DNA of 64,000 nucleotides from Alphaproteobacteria bacterium. Lineage in GTDB: Bacteria; Pseudomonadota; Alphaproteobacteria; GM7ARS4; G965262615. The notes under the pieces are model-generated. The model was not told the origin of the DNA. It did no database searches and saw nothing but the letters and a program-made list of their open reading frames with translations. A program made the translations under genes and the position numbers. Below, piece by piece: positions 16,461 through 25,905 of the stretch; within the stretch, counting starts at the first letter, position 1; each line of letters opens with the position of its first letter. The DNA lies in the NCBI GenBank assembly GCA_965262615.1, contig OZ253545.1, positions 1,152,001-1,216,000 of the forward strand. Direction: 5' to 3'.

Positions 16461-17972
16461 ATGATAAAATCGGGCAGTCTTGCAAAAGGCATTACGACAA
16501 TCTTTTTCTTTGGCATCATTGCGTATGGTTTGGCTCTCGCCTTTCCCATAGAGGGAGCGTGTAGCCTCACCAGTGCTTCATTGGATGCCCGTATCAATCA
16601 CGCCATTTGCCCCATCAGCAGCAGTTTGGCGTCCTTGGTGTTTTTCACCGTGCCGTTTTTTGGTGGCGAAGCCATGTTTGTGGTCTTGTTGCTCATCGGC
16701 ACGGCTCTTGTGCTCACTTTTTATCTCAATTTTGTCAATATCAGAGGCTTGAGGCAATCGTGGCGCGTGCTCAAAAAAGGACGCACAAAGGAAAAAGAAG
16801 GCGCAGGCGAACTCAGTCACTTTCAAGCCATGACCGCCGCCCTTTCGGGAACGGTGGGACTGGGAAATATTGCTGGAGTCGCCATTGCCATCTCCATCGG
16901 AGGACCGGGCGCAATCTTTTGGATGGTGGTCGCAGGATTTCTCGCCATGGCAACCAAATTCGCCGAATGCACCATCGGACACCAATACCGACACATTCGC
17001 AAAGATGGCAGTGTCTCGGGCGGGGCGATGTATTATCTCACCATTGGACTTGGGGAACGGCGAATGCCCATGCTGGGCAGTGTTCTGAGCTCGGCTTTTG
17101 CGCTGTTTTGTGTGGGCGTTTCCCTCGGAGCCGGCAACATGTTTCAAGCCAACCAAGCCTTTGAACAACTGGACAGTGTGGTCTCTCACAGTCTGCTGGG
17201 TTATGGCTGGCTCTTTGGCACGGTGGTGGCGGTGATGGTGGCTTTTGTCATTATTGGCGGCATCAAAAGCATCGGCAGAGTCACCGAAAAACTCGTGCCC
17301 ACCATGGGCGCGATTTATATCATCGGCTGTCTTTTGATTATTATGACGCATATCGGTCAGCTGCCCGAAACTTTTGCTAAAATCATACACCAAGCCTTCA
17401 CCCCCGATGCCCAATACGGCGGCATCATTGGCGTGATGATGTGGGGCTTTCGCCGCGCTCTGTTCTCCAATGAGGCGGGACTGGGCTCTGCCCCCATTGC
17501 CTATGCCGCCGTCAAGACAAAAAACTCCGCCTCCGTAGGATACATCGCCCTGCTGGGGCCCTTTATTGACACAGTCGTCATTTGCACCATGACGGGACTC
17601 GTGATTGTCATCAGTGGCTCCTATCTCGGCACGGAAGGGCTCACAGGAGTCACCATGACCTCCCAAGCCTTTGCATCGGTTGCTTCTTGGTTTCCCTATG
17701 TGCTCACGGTGGCGATTTTATTGTTCTCGTTCTCCACCCTCATCACATGGTCTTATTATGGACTGAAGGGCTGGAGCTTTTTGTTTGGTGAGAGCAAATT
17801 CACCGAAGGCGTGTTCAAGACACTCTTTTGCGTCTGTATTGTTGTGGGAGCGGCGATGGATGTGACCCAAATCGTCAATTTGTCCGATGCCATGATCTTC
17901 CTCATGCTTGTGCCTAATTTGGTGGGACTCATCATCTTCGCCCCCACCATCCGAAAACATTTGGCTTCATAA
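16461..17972 (+). CDS. Alanine/glycine:cation symporter (AGCS family)
   Basis: LSGTVGLGNIAGVA, GGPGAIFWM, FSNEAGLGSAPIA and FIDTVVICTMT motifs. Confidence 0.94.
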   Translation: MIKSGSLAKGITTIFFFGIIAYGLALAFPIEGACSLTSASLDARINHAICPISSSLASLVFFTVPFFGGEAMFVVLLLIGTALVLTFYLNFVNIRGLRQSWRVLKKGRTKEKEGAGELSHFQAMTAALSGTVGLGNIAGVAIAISIGGPGAIFWMVVAGFLAMATKFAECTIGHQYRHIRKDGSVSGGAMYYLTIGLGERRMPMLGSVLSSAFALFCVGVSLGAGNMFQANQAFEQLDSVVSHSLLGYGWLFGTVVAVMVAFVIIGGIKSIGRVTEKLVPTMGAIYIIGCLLIIMTHIGQLPETFAKIIHQAFTPDAQYGGIIGVMMWGFRRALFSNEAGLGSAPIAYAAVKTKNSASVGYIALLGPFIDTVVICTMTGLVIVISGSYLGTEGLTGVTMTSQAFASVASWFPYVLTVAILLFSFSTLITWSYYGLKGWSFLFGESKFTEGVFKTLFCVCIVVGAAMDVTQIVNLSDAMIFLMLVPNLVGLIIFAPTIRKHLAS

Positions 17973-17983
17973 TCCGAGCTCAT

Positions 17984-18024
17984 GAAAATAGAAAAGCCCA
18001 AGCCCCGAAAGGCTTGAGCTTTCC
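17984..18024 (-). terminator. Intrinsic terminator downstream of pqqA, possibly bidirectional
   Basis: Minus strand reads ggaaagctcaagcc tttcgg ggcttgggcttttc tattttc. Confidence 0.75.
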
Positions 18025-18044
18025 CTACCGAATGGCTGAAGCTC

Positions 18045-18122
18045 TTAGACTTCGGCGCAAGCGTAGCTGTTGATTTCCAAACCAACGCTCACTTCGGTGA
18101 CCTTAGGTGTGTTCCAAGACAT
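18045..18122 (-). CDS. pqqA: PQQ precursor peptide PqqA (25 aa; not in ORF track)
   Basis: MSWNTPKVTEVSVGLEINSYACAEV*, with the ExxxY core and MxWxxP leader; AAGGAG 7 nt upstream; own terminator. Confidence 0.9.
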   Translation of the reverse strand: MSWNTPKVTEVSVGLEINSYACAEV

Positions 18123-18273
18123 GGCACGACTCCTTTAGGGTTGACAAAACGATGAACTCCCGTTCACTTGTCGCCAACATAGACTTCTTGTGTGAATAGA
18201 AAATGAAAATGATAATGATTTGCAAAAAAATACAACAAAATTAACTAAGGGAATTAATTTGACACACGGCAAA

Positions 18274-18570
18274 TTATGGCAGTTTTCTTGGGTCTTTTAC
18301 CACCCTACGAATTCTACGGTCTTTGATCATCTTGCGTCTTTTCGCAATCCCCTCTTTCAAGGGGAAGTCAGGGCACAACCCATGTGCTTTGGCATTAGCC
18401 ATCATAACCAAAAAACTATGTGTGTATGGCGGCATCTCATCATCATCCTCCACCAAGATGGTGCTTGCGTTTTTACCTTCACGCAAAAGCTGTCTTTTTA
18501 ATGCGATCGTTTCGGGCGGGTCATTAGGCTTGATCGGTGCTTGTTTGGGTGTCCATTCAAATGTGCTCAT
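18274..18570 (-). CDS. Hypothetical protein with basic C-terminus
   Basis: 98-aa ORF co-oriented with neighbours; AAGGGG upstream; no family recognised. Confidence 0.55.
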   Translation of the reverse strand: MSTFEWTPKQAPIKPNDPPETIALKRQLLREGKNASTILVEDDDEMPPYTHSFLVMMANAKAHGLCPDFPLKEGIAKRRKMIKDRRIRRVVKDPRKLP

Positions 18571-18584
18571 GACGACACCCTTAA

Positions 18585-18890
18585 CTAATCATCGCTGCCG
18601 CACTTGCCCTCGCCGATACAAATGGCATAGGCTGATGCGCCCACAACAATCATGGTGGGCACAGCCGATATGACCGTGGCGGCGGCATCACAGGTATCAA
18701 ACTGTTTAATCAGCTGCTCCTTTGTGAACGGCGGACGACGCTTATTCTCAAGGGCATCCTTATAGCGCACCAGTTCCACCTCAAGGGCACTCTTACACGC
18801 CGAGCCATAAGGCACAAGCACCGTGGACTTGCCAACACTGCACCCCGTCAGCACAACAGACACCATCAATAAAGAAAAAATCCTCATCAT
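18585..18890 (-). CDS. Small Cys-rich lipoprotein (paralog B)
   Basis: Lipobox LTGC; GGAGGTGG RBS; clear paralog of 18887-19237. Confidence 0.8.
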   Translation of the reverse strand: MMRIFSLLMVSVVLTGCSVGKSTVLVPYGSACKSALEVELVRYKDALENKRRPPFTKEQLIKQFDTCDAAATVISAVPTMIVVGASAYAICIGEGKCGSDD

Positions 18891-19237
18891 CCACCTCCAC
18901 CACCTTGACTATTTGTCGGTGGCGGTGGCCCATCGTCATCATCAGAGCCGCATTTGCCTTCACCGAGACAGAAGGCATACGCCGATGCTCCCACAACAAT
19001 AATCGCCGGCACCGCCGAGACCACCGTCGCCACCGAATCACAGTCATCAAACTGATTGATCAAATCATCCTTTGAGAACGATGGGCGACGCTTGCGCTCC
19101 AACTCATCCTCATGACGCACCAACTCCACTTCAAGAGCATCCTTACACGCCGTCCCAAAAGGAACAAGAACCGTGGACTTGCCAATGCTACACCCCGAAA
19201 TCAAGGCACATAAACCCAGTAAGAACAAAAATCTCAT
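18887..19237 (-). CDS. Small Cys-rich lipoprotein (paralog A)
   Basis: GAGGAG RBS; MRFLFLLGLCALISGC lipobox; shares GKSTVLVP, ALEVELVR and C(L/I)GEGKCGSDD with paralog B. Confidence 0.8.
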   Translation of the reverse strand: MRFLFLLGLCALISGCSIGKSTVLVPFGTACKDALEVELVRHEDELERKRRPSFSKDDLINQFDDCDSVATVVSAVPAIIVVGASAYAFCLGEGKCGSDDDDGPPPPTNSQGGGGG

Positions 19238-19285
19238 AACCTTTCTCTCCTCAACTCGTAGGGTCATTGTGCCACAAATTGTCAC

Positions 19286-20758
19286 TCAATTCAAATCTTT
19301 TTTGCCATAATTATGCCCCCACGAAGGCACTCGCAAACTGCCCTCTTGCAATTCCACCGATGACGAGACTTCCACAGACTCCCTGTGTTCAGCAGGAATG
19401 GCATCATCCTCGCTTTGCTGCGGTGCTTGAAATAGTGGCAGCTCATCATTTGGCGGTTTGCGGTGTTCTGTCACCTGTGGTGAGTCATGATGAGAAACCT
19501 CATCGGTAAAATCATTTTCTTTGGCGATGGATTCATGAACCGCCGCTGGCTGATGAGACGGTATCGGCGGTATCGGCGGTGACTGCGTCACCGCCTCTTG
19601 TGTCATCTTTTCCTCGTTTTTCCTCCACCAATTCCACCAGCTTTTTTTCTTGTCTGTCTGCTGCTCCTCGTGATGCACTGGCGGCGATGACGGCTGTGCT
19701 TCGCCCTGTCTCAAATCAAAGGGATGAGCCGCCCCATCGTCATGAGGCTCATAGTGGTGATTGTGTTGCTCAAATCCGGACGCAATGATGGTCACTCGCA
19801 AGGAATCATTCATGGTGGTATCATGAATGACACCACAATTAATTTCCGCCAGTGCCATGCGCTGCCGCACCGCTTGAATAATCTTGGGCATTTCGTCAGC
19901 AGCCACATTGCCTGTCACATTGATGAGCATCCTCTTGGCTTGCCCCATTTGATGATTATCCAGCAATTGATGAGACGATAACGCCTTTTCCAAAGCCTTA
20001 TGAGCGCGATCCTGACCGCGCGCCTGTCCGCTTGCCAGCTGGGCTCGCCCGCCGCGCAGCAGCACTCGTTTGACATCGGCAAAGTCCAAATTAATCAGCC
20101 CCTGCTTCAAAACCAAATCACTCACCGCCCGCACCGATTCGGCAAGAACATCATTCATCATCGCCAAACCCTTTTGAAAACTGCCCTGTTCACCGTCTTG
20201 CTGAAATTCCAGCAGCTTTTCATTAGCTCCCACAATCAATGTATCGGTCAATGGAGCCAGTCGCTTCAGGGCATCTTGAGCAATGACCTGCTTGCCAAAT
20301 TCCCAGTCAAAGGGCGTTGTCACAAAAGACACCGTCAAAATATTCATCTCTCGTGCCAGACGCGCCACAAAAGGAGTCGCCCCCGAACCCGTGCCGCCAC
20401 CCAGTGTTGACACAATAAACAATAAGCTCAAACCCTCAAGGGCGACACGCAACGCCTGCTCCGCCTCTTGAGCCGCACGATAGCCAATATCGGGATCCAT
20501 GCCCGCTCCCGCTCCCCCCGTCAATTGAGGACCCAACTGAATGTGATAGGGAACATCAACACTGGCGAGATCTTGTGCATCCGTGTTGGCAGCCATCATG
20601 CGAATATCCGTGATATCACGCTGCGCCAAACTATTGATCGCATTGCCGCCGCCGCCGCCAATACCAATGACACCAATTTCACATGTGCCAAAAGTAAGTC
20701 CAGCATCAGACCGAGAATGCGAGCCCCCATGAGGAATAGAAAAGTCACTGGTCATCAT
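19286..20758 (-). CDS. ftsZ: Cell division GTPase FtsZ
   Basis: GIGGGGGNA, ANTDAQ, GGGTGSG and GLINLDFADV motifs. Confidence 0.95.
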   Translation of the reverse strand: MMTSDFSIPHGGSHSRSDAGLTFGTCEIGVIGIGGGGGNAINSLAQRDITDIRMMAANTDAQDLASVDVPYHIQLGPQLTGGAGAGMDPDIGYRAAQEAEQALRVALEGLSLLFIVSTLGGGTGSGATPFVARLAREMNILTVSFVTTPFDWEFGKQVIAQDALKRLAPLTDTLIVGANEKLLEFQQDGEQGSFQKGLAMMNDVLAESVRAVSDLVLKQGLINLDFADVKRVLLRGGRAQLASGQARGQDRAHKALEKALSSHQLLDNHQMGQAKRMLINVTGNVAADEMPKIIQAVRQRMALAEINCGVIHDTTMNDSLRVTIIASGFEQHNHHYEPHDDGAAHPFDLRQGEAQPSSPPVHHEEQQTDKKKSWWNWWRKNEEKMTQEAVTQSPPIPPIPSHQPAAVHESIAKENDFTDEVSHHDSPQVTEHRKPPNDELPLFQAPQQSEDDAIPAEHRESVEVSSSVELQEGSLRVPSWGHNYGKKDLN

Positions 20759-20773
20759 GATCTCCTTTGCATG

Positions 20774-21913
20774 TTACGAAAAACCCATTGCCGCGTTGCG
20801 ATCACTGTTGGCAAAAGGCGACTGAAAAACTCGTTCATCCGTTGGGACTTTCGGATTCTCATTGGCAATGGGAGCAATGGGCAGTGGCTTGCTCTTTGAG
20901 AGTGGTGGCATCACGCCGCCCATCACAGAATACGCCATTGCCAACAATTCCACCATGCGATCGGCAAAGAGAGGTTCTTGGGTCACCGTCCTCATGGCGC
21001 GATTCCATTGGCGTTGCATCAAACCAATCATGCCCTTTGCCCGCACTTTATCTTGTGCCACAATCCAATCAAACGCACCGCCAATGCCAACCTCCAACGG
21101 CTTGAGTTCATCAGCCAGCCAGACCACCATATCTTGCACAATGCCGCGCAAGCGATCCCCCAGCGCATCATTGCCACGCAAACCAAAAGACTTCAAAAAC
21201 TGCCACGATTGATAAACCGATAAAAGCAACGCCTTCCTCACACAGCGCACCAATTGATCAAAGCCCTTTTTGTCAAATCCTATGCGACACAATACATTAT
21301 TCTTGAAAGCAACATACAATACCTCCCCCTCACCCATGTGAATGTACGCCACCCCATCCTTTTTTTGCTGCTCCGATGCAAAGTACTGAGCCGCATCATA
21401 GGTCGCCGAGCGCACCCCCGCCAGACGAACGCCCATGTGCTCGGTCAATTGCTCCAATTTCTGATACAACTCTTCGGTCACCGCCAACGCACACACAGGA
21501 TAACAGCCCACGCCATTCTCCAATCGCCGCGTTCCCACACTGGCATGACATTGGCGATATCCCCGCTGTTTCAGCAGCAATGACATTTCTTCCATCACCG
21601 CTTTCCGACAGACTTGGTCATCAGGCACACCATGACACGCAATCTCGGCTTCAAAAGTCACAAACCAACTCTCACCAGAATCATGACACAGAGGAAGATC
21701 AATATACAACTGATCAATGGTCACATTGGCTTTTTGTTCGGCATCACGCAACAATTGCGTCCACAGCTCTGTGGGGTCATCATCTTTATAGAGAGAGTCC
21801 GTGACATAAGACTGAGGCATTAATTGCCGCCCATTGCCCACGCGCTCAATCATCACACAGCTGGGACGGGTTGTGCCGATGGATAAAATACCGATCAATT
21901 GTCGTCCCATCAT
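20774..21913 (-). CDS. ftsA: Highly divergent FtsA-like protein
   Basis: Position between ftsQ and ftsZ; degenerate actin-fold motifs ILSIGTT and YIHMGEG. Confidence 0.6.
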   Translation of the reverse strand: MMGRQLIGILSIGTTRPSCVMIERVGNGRQLMPQSYVTDSLYKDDDPTELWTQLLRDAEQKANVTIDQLYIDLPLCHDSGESWFVTFEAEIACHGVPDDQVCRKAVMEEMSLLLKQRGYRQCHASVGTRRLENGVGCYPVCALAVTEELYQKLEQLTEHMGVRLAGVRSATYDAAQYFASEQQKKDGVAYIHMGEGEVLYVAFKNNVLCRIGFDKKGFDQLVRCVRKALLLSVYQSWQFLKSFGLRGNDALGDRLRGIVQDMVVWLADELKPLEVGIGGAFDWIVAQDKVRAKGMIGLMQRQWNRAMRTVTQEPLFADRMVELLAMAYSVMGGVMPPLSKSKPLPIAPIANENPKVPTDERVFQSPFANSDRNAAMGFS

Positions 21914-22665
21914 CCCGCCTCTCCGTGATGAGCAATCATGGAAAAAAGAATATTGGCTGGCTGGCGGGCATCAATAATTTGAGGTTTTTTGTGCAAGTGC
22001 CGCTCCAGTGCATCGGTACGCAAAAACGCACGCCACGAGGCGGCAACATCATTCTCCGCCAGCATGATGCGAGTGTCATGATTCACAAAAATATCCCAGC
22101 GACCATCCACATAGTGATAAAGGGTCACATCATGCCCCAGCAACGGATAATTCAGCGTCAAATGCCACACAGCCATTGATTCCTGAGGTGACGGATTGCC
22201 TTTGAAAATGGGCAAATCATAGGCATTCAAGTCTTCCACATCGCTTAGATGAAACCCCTCTTCATCCAAAAGGGCAAAATTGCCATCGGCAGTGATGTGA
22301 ATCATGGCAGGAATGCGCTCGGTAATCATCAAACGCACCACACCATGACTCAAACGCTGAAGCTGAGCACTCGCCACCAACGGCAATGAGCTCACACGCC
22401 TCTGAGCCTCACCCAATGAAAATCCATACAGAGCATCCCCTGTTGCAATCTGTAGTGCATCCAATAAGGTTTGTTCGGGTATTTTTGCTTCACCATAGAT
22501 GTCAATCCGCTCTATGCGCGGCATGTCTTTGACACTCCACACCATCAAAGACATGAACAAGAGCCCCAGCACAATTGTGCGCCCGTGCCATCTGCCAAGA
22601 GTCACGCCTCGGTGCTCCTTAATCTCATCTTGACATGTGAAGGGATTATCATGCAATTGGCTCAT
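21910..22665 (-). CDS. ftsQ: Cell division protein FtsQ/DivIB
   Basis: Single TM, POTRA-like region (LPLVASAQLQR..ITER), IIDAR tail; synteny. Confidence 0.85.
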   Translation of the reverse strand: MSQLHDNPFTCQDEIKEHRGVTLGRWHGRTIVLGLLFMSLMVWSVKDMPRIERIDIYGEAKIPEQTLLDALQIATGDALYGFSLGEAQRRVSSLPLVASAQLQRLSHGVVRLMITERIPAMIHITADGNFALLDEEGFHLSDVEDLNAYDLPIFKGNPSPQESMAVWHLTLNYPLLGHDVTLYHYVDGRWDIFVNHDTRIMLAENDVAASWRAFLRTDALERHLHKKPQIIDARQPANILFSMIAHHGEAG

Positions 22666-23564
22666 TGTGCCGCCTCCAAAATAGTTGTGACCAATTGATC
22701 AAACGCAATGCCACGATGCGCCGCCATTGCCGGCAGCAAAGAATGAGAGGTCAAACCGGGCTGAGTGTTGATTTCCAAAAAATACAATCCCGCCTCACCG
22801 TGACTTTCGTCAAACAAAAAGTCCGACCGACTGACGCAAGAACATCCCATCGTGCGATGCATGGCAAGAGCCCACCGCTGAGCTTGGGTCGTGATGGCAT
22901 CAGGCACTGTGGCGGGAATATGATACTGCGTTGCGGCATCATCATACTTGGCGTTATAATCATAGAACGATTGCGCCGGGACAATTTCCATAACATCCAG
23001 TGGCTCATCATTGAGAATTCCCACGGTGAGTTCTCGCCCATCAATGTGCTGTTGCACCATCAAGACATCGCCGTGCTGCCATGACGCAATAACATCGGGC
23101 AGTTGTTTCTCATCATGGACAATGGTCACGCCGACGCTAGAGCCCTCGCTGATGGGCTTGATGACAAACGGCAACGCCATGACATCGGCAATGGTATGCC
23201 ATTTCTTTCTGGCAAGAAGCTGATGGTGCGGCACGCGCATAGAGAGCATGGAAGCAATGCTGGCAGAGGCGTGTTTATCCATCGCAATGGCAGAGGCATG
23301 CACCGAAGAGTGGGTATGGGGAATGTGCATGGATTCAAGCAAGCCCTGCACCGTGCCATCCTCACCCCATGTGCCGTGCAGGGCGTTAAAGACAATGGTG
23401 TTGTCATCAAGTGCGTCCATCCACGCACGATTGGGCGCATCGCCCACATCCACTGCCTTTACATGGTGGTGCTTTTTGAGCGCGTCCGCAACGCATCGCC
23501 CGCTCTCCAAAGAGACCTCGCGTTCCGCTGACCATCCACCCATCAAGACAACAATCTTTTTCAT
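22662..23564 (-). CDS. ddl: D-alanine--D-alanine ligase
   Basis: GGWSAEREVSL, LHGTWGEDG, EGSSVG and LEINTQPG motifs. Confidence 0.96.
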   Translation of the reverse strand: MKKIVVLMGGWSAEREVSLESGRCVADALKKHHHVKAVDVGDAPNRAWMDALDDNTIVFNALHGTWGEDGTVQGLLESMHIPHTHSSVHASAIAMDKHASASIASMLSMRVPHHQLLARKKWHTIADVMALPFVIKPISEGSSVGVTIVHDEKQLPDVIASWQHGDVLMVQQHIDGRELTVGILNDEPLDVMEIVPAQSFYDYNAKYDDAATQYHIPATVPDAITTQAQRWALAMHRTMGCSCVSRSDFLFDESHGEAGLYFLEINTQPGLTSHSLLPAMAAHRGIAFDQLVTTILEAAQ

Positions 23565-24472
23565 GACACTCTTCCCATGCGTTCAATCTCCCATTCCAGC
23601 GTAATGCCGCTGTGTTCAGCCACGGCATGGCGAATGGCGTTGCCCAGTTGCTCCAAATCTGAGGCGCGCGCGCCTCCTTTGTTGATCATAAAGTTGCAAT
23701 GATGAGGTGCGAGAGCCGCGTCTCCCACTGTCATGTGACGGCATCCCGCTTGGTCAATCAGCTGCCACGCCTTATGCTGTGGCGGATTTTTGAAAATACT
23801 GCCGCCCGTGCGCGCCTTGATGGGCTGAGTGCGCCGTCTTTGGTGACGCATATCAGCCATGCGCGCGGCGATCTCATCACGAGATGCCTTCACGGTGCGT
23901 AAAATCGCCGCCACAATAATCCAATCGCGAGGAATAGCACTGTGACGATAGCTAAAGTCATTTGATGTCATACCATGCTCATGCCACTGTCCGTTGCCAT
24001 CAAAGGCGAAGATGGTTTTGACACAATCACCCATGGCTCTGCCGTATGCTCCGGCATTCATGCGTAATGCGCCGCCGATGGTGGCGGGAATGTTGGCGAG
24101 AAATTCCAATCCCCCGCGCCCAGCCCGCAAACACGCTCGCGCCAACTGCACGGTGCGCACTCCTGCTTCCACAAACACCTCATCGGCAGACATTTCGTAT
24201 TGATTCAAACGATGCAAACGCACCGTCACGCCATCCAAACCGCCATCACGAATGATCACATTGGACATCGCCCCCACCACATGAACAGGCAAAACTGATG
24301 ACTGCCGTGCCACAAGAAATTTCCGCAATTGGTCGGTGTTGAATGGTTCAAAGAGCATGGCGGCATGCCCCCCCGCGCCAAACCATGACCACTGCCCCAC
24401 AGGGGCATTCGCCTGCCAGTGTCCTTCAATATGCTCATAGGGTGTCATGGCGGGTGTCACGGCGGCTCTCAT
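23561..24472 (-). CDS. murB: UDP-N-acetylenolpyruvoylglucosamine reductase
   Basis: GLEFLANIP..GGALRMNAGAYG, GSIFKNP, HCNF and LEWEI motifs. Confidence 0.95.
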   Translation of the reverse strand: MRAAVTPAMTPYEHIEGHWQANAPVGQWSWFGAGGHAAMLFEPFNTDQLRKFLVARQSSVLPVHVVGAMSNVIIRDGGLDGVTVRLHRLNQYEMSADEVFVEAGVRTVQLARACLRAGRGGLEFLANIPATIGGALRMNAGAYGRAMGDCVKTIFAFDGNGQWHEHGMTSNDFSYRHSAIPRDWIIVAAILRTVKASRDEIAARMADMRHQRRRTQPIKARTGGSIFKNPPQHKAWQLIDQAGCRHMTVGDAALAPHHCNFMINKGGARASDLEQLGNAIRHAVAEHSGITLEWEIERMGRVS

Positions 24473-25905
24473 GATATTTTCCTCTGACTTTCATGACCCT
24501 CGCTGAGCCGATGAAACAGTTGTTTGCTCCAACCTCCAATAGACCCCGCCCCCATGCAGACAACAATGGCATCATCGCCCGCCATGTCATGAACCATGCT
24601 TGCCAATTGGTGCGGTTGCTTCAGACGCATCACGGTGGGATGCCCTGCGGCGCGCAATTCATCCGCCAGACGGTCGGCATCATATCCCGCAATGGGACGC
24701 TCCCCCGCTTCATAGACATCGGCAATGATGATGCCGTCAGCATCATTGAACGCCGCGAGAAATTGATTAAACACATCCCTAAGGCGAGAGTAGCGATGAG
24801 GCTGATGAACGGCAATCAATGACCGCTTGCCATAATGCTCCCGCGCCGCTTGCAGTGTGGCATGAATTTCTGTGGGATGATGGGCATAATCATTGATGAC
24901 CACCACGCCTCGTGATGTCACCCCCATGATTTGAAAGCGTCTGTGGACACCGCCAAATGAGGCAATGCCCTTTTGAATGGCGGCAATATCAACGCCCATG
25001 CACAGTGCGGTGGCAATGGCTGCCAAAGCATTGGATAAATTATGACGCCCCACCATTGGTAGCGTGATGGCAAAAGAGTCACACGATTGCACGACTCCAT
25101 CCCGCAGCACCACATCACATTGCCATCCCAATCCTTTTTTCTTCGCATTGATGGCGCGCACATCGGCATGGGCTGCAAAGCCGTAGGTGATGACTCTTCT
25201 GCCGTCTCCCATGCGGGCTCGCATTTCTTGAACATTGTGGGAATCCATATTGAGAATGGCGCATCCATAAAATGGGATGGTGGCGATGAATTCATCAAAG
25301 GCGCGCCGCAAGGCGGCAAAATCACCGTAATGATTGATGTGTTCGGCATCAATGTTGGTGACAACGGCAAATTCGGGATGATAATGAACAAACGACCCAT
25401 CGGATTCATCGGTCTCCGCCAACAAAAAATCCCCCGTTCCCAAACGCACATTAGAGCCCCACTCCTCAATCACCCCGCCATTGACCACAGTGGGTGATAA
25501 TTGAGCGTGCTCCAAAACATGCGCCAACAAGGATGTGGTGGTGGTTTTGCCATGGGACCCCGCAACGGCAATGGCGCGCTTGAAATGCATCAATTCCGCC
25601 AGCATGGTGGCACGAGAAATGATGGGAATGCGCCGTTCACGCGCCCCTTGCAGTTCCACATTATCAGAGCCAATGGCGGAGGAATAAACCACCACAGATG
25701 CTTCACCCAGATGAGCGACATCATGCCCGATGGCAATATCAATGCCGCGAGCGCGCAAGCGGTGCACATTGGCATTGTCGCTGATATCACTGCCGCGCAC
25801 GGTGCATCCCATGTCATGAAGCAGTTCGGCAATGCCACTCATGCCGATGCCGCCGATACCGACACAATGAATCACATAATCTTTGAATGGCAGTAAGGCG
25901 GTCAT
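24469..25905 (-). CDS. murC: UDP-N-acetylmuramate--L-alanine ligase
   Basis: GIGGIGMSG, GSHGKTTT, ETDESDGSF and DYAHHPTEI motifs. Confidence 0.96.
   Translation of the reverse strand: MTALLPFKDYVIHCVGIGGIGMSGIAELLHDMGCTVRGSDISDNANVHRLRARGIDIAIGHDVAHLGEASVVVYSSAIGSDNVELQGARERRIPIISRATMLAELMHFKRAIAVAGSHGKTTTTSLLAHVLEHAQLSPTVVNGGVIEEWGSNVRLGTGDFLLAETDESDGSFVHYHPEFAVVTNIDAEHINHYGDFAALRRAFDEFIATIPFYGCAILNMDSHNVQEMRARMGDGRRVITYGFAAHADVRAINAKKKGLGWQCDVVLRDGVVQSCDSFAITLPMVGRHNLSNALAAIATALCMGVDIAAIQKGIASFGGVHRRFQIMGVTSRGVVVINDYAHHPTEIHATLQAAREHYGKRSLIAVHQPHRYSRLRDVFNQFLAAFNDADGIIIADVYEAGERPIAGYDADRLADELRAAGHPTVMRLKQPHQLASMVHDMAGDDAIVVCMGAGSIGGWSKQLFHRLSEGHESQRKIS

Noticed and set aside
16578-17666. 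Long antisense ORFs (also 39842-40675, 37898-38668, 54128-54964, 62288-63106)
   Set aside because: They overlap well-supported genes and have no recognisable motifs.
18241-18257. CtrA box upstream of pqqA
   Set aside because: The TTAA half-sites are 9 nt apart, not the canonical 7.
17975-18270. Structured ncRNA in the symporter-ftsZ gap
   Set aside because: Better explained by pqqA with its RBS and terminator.
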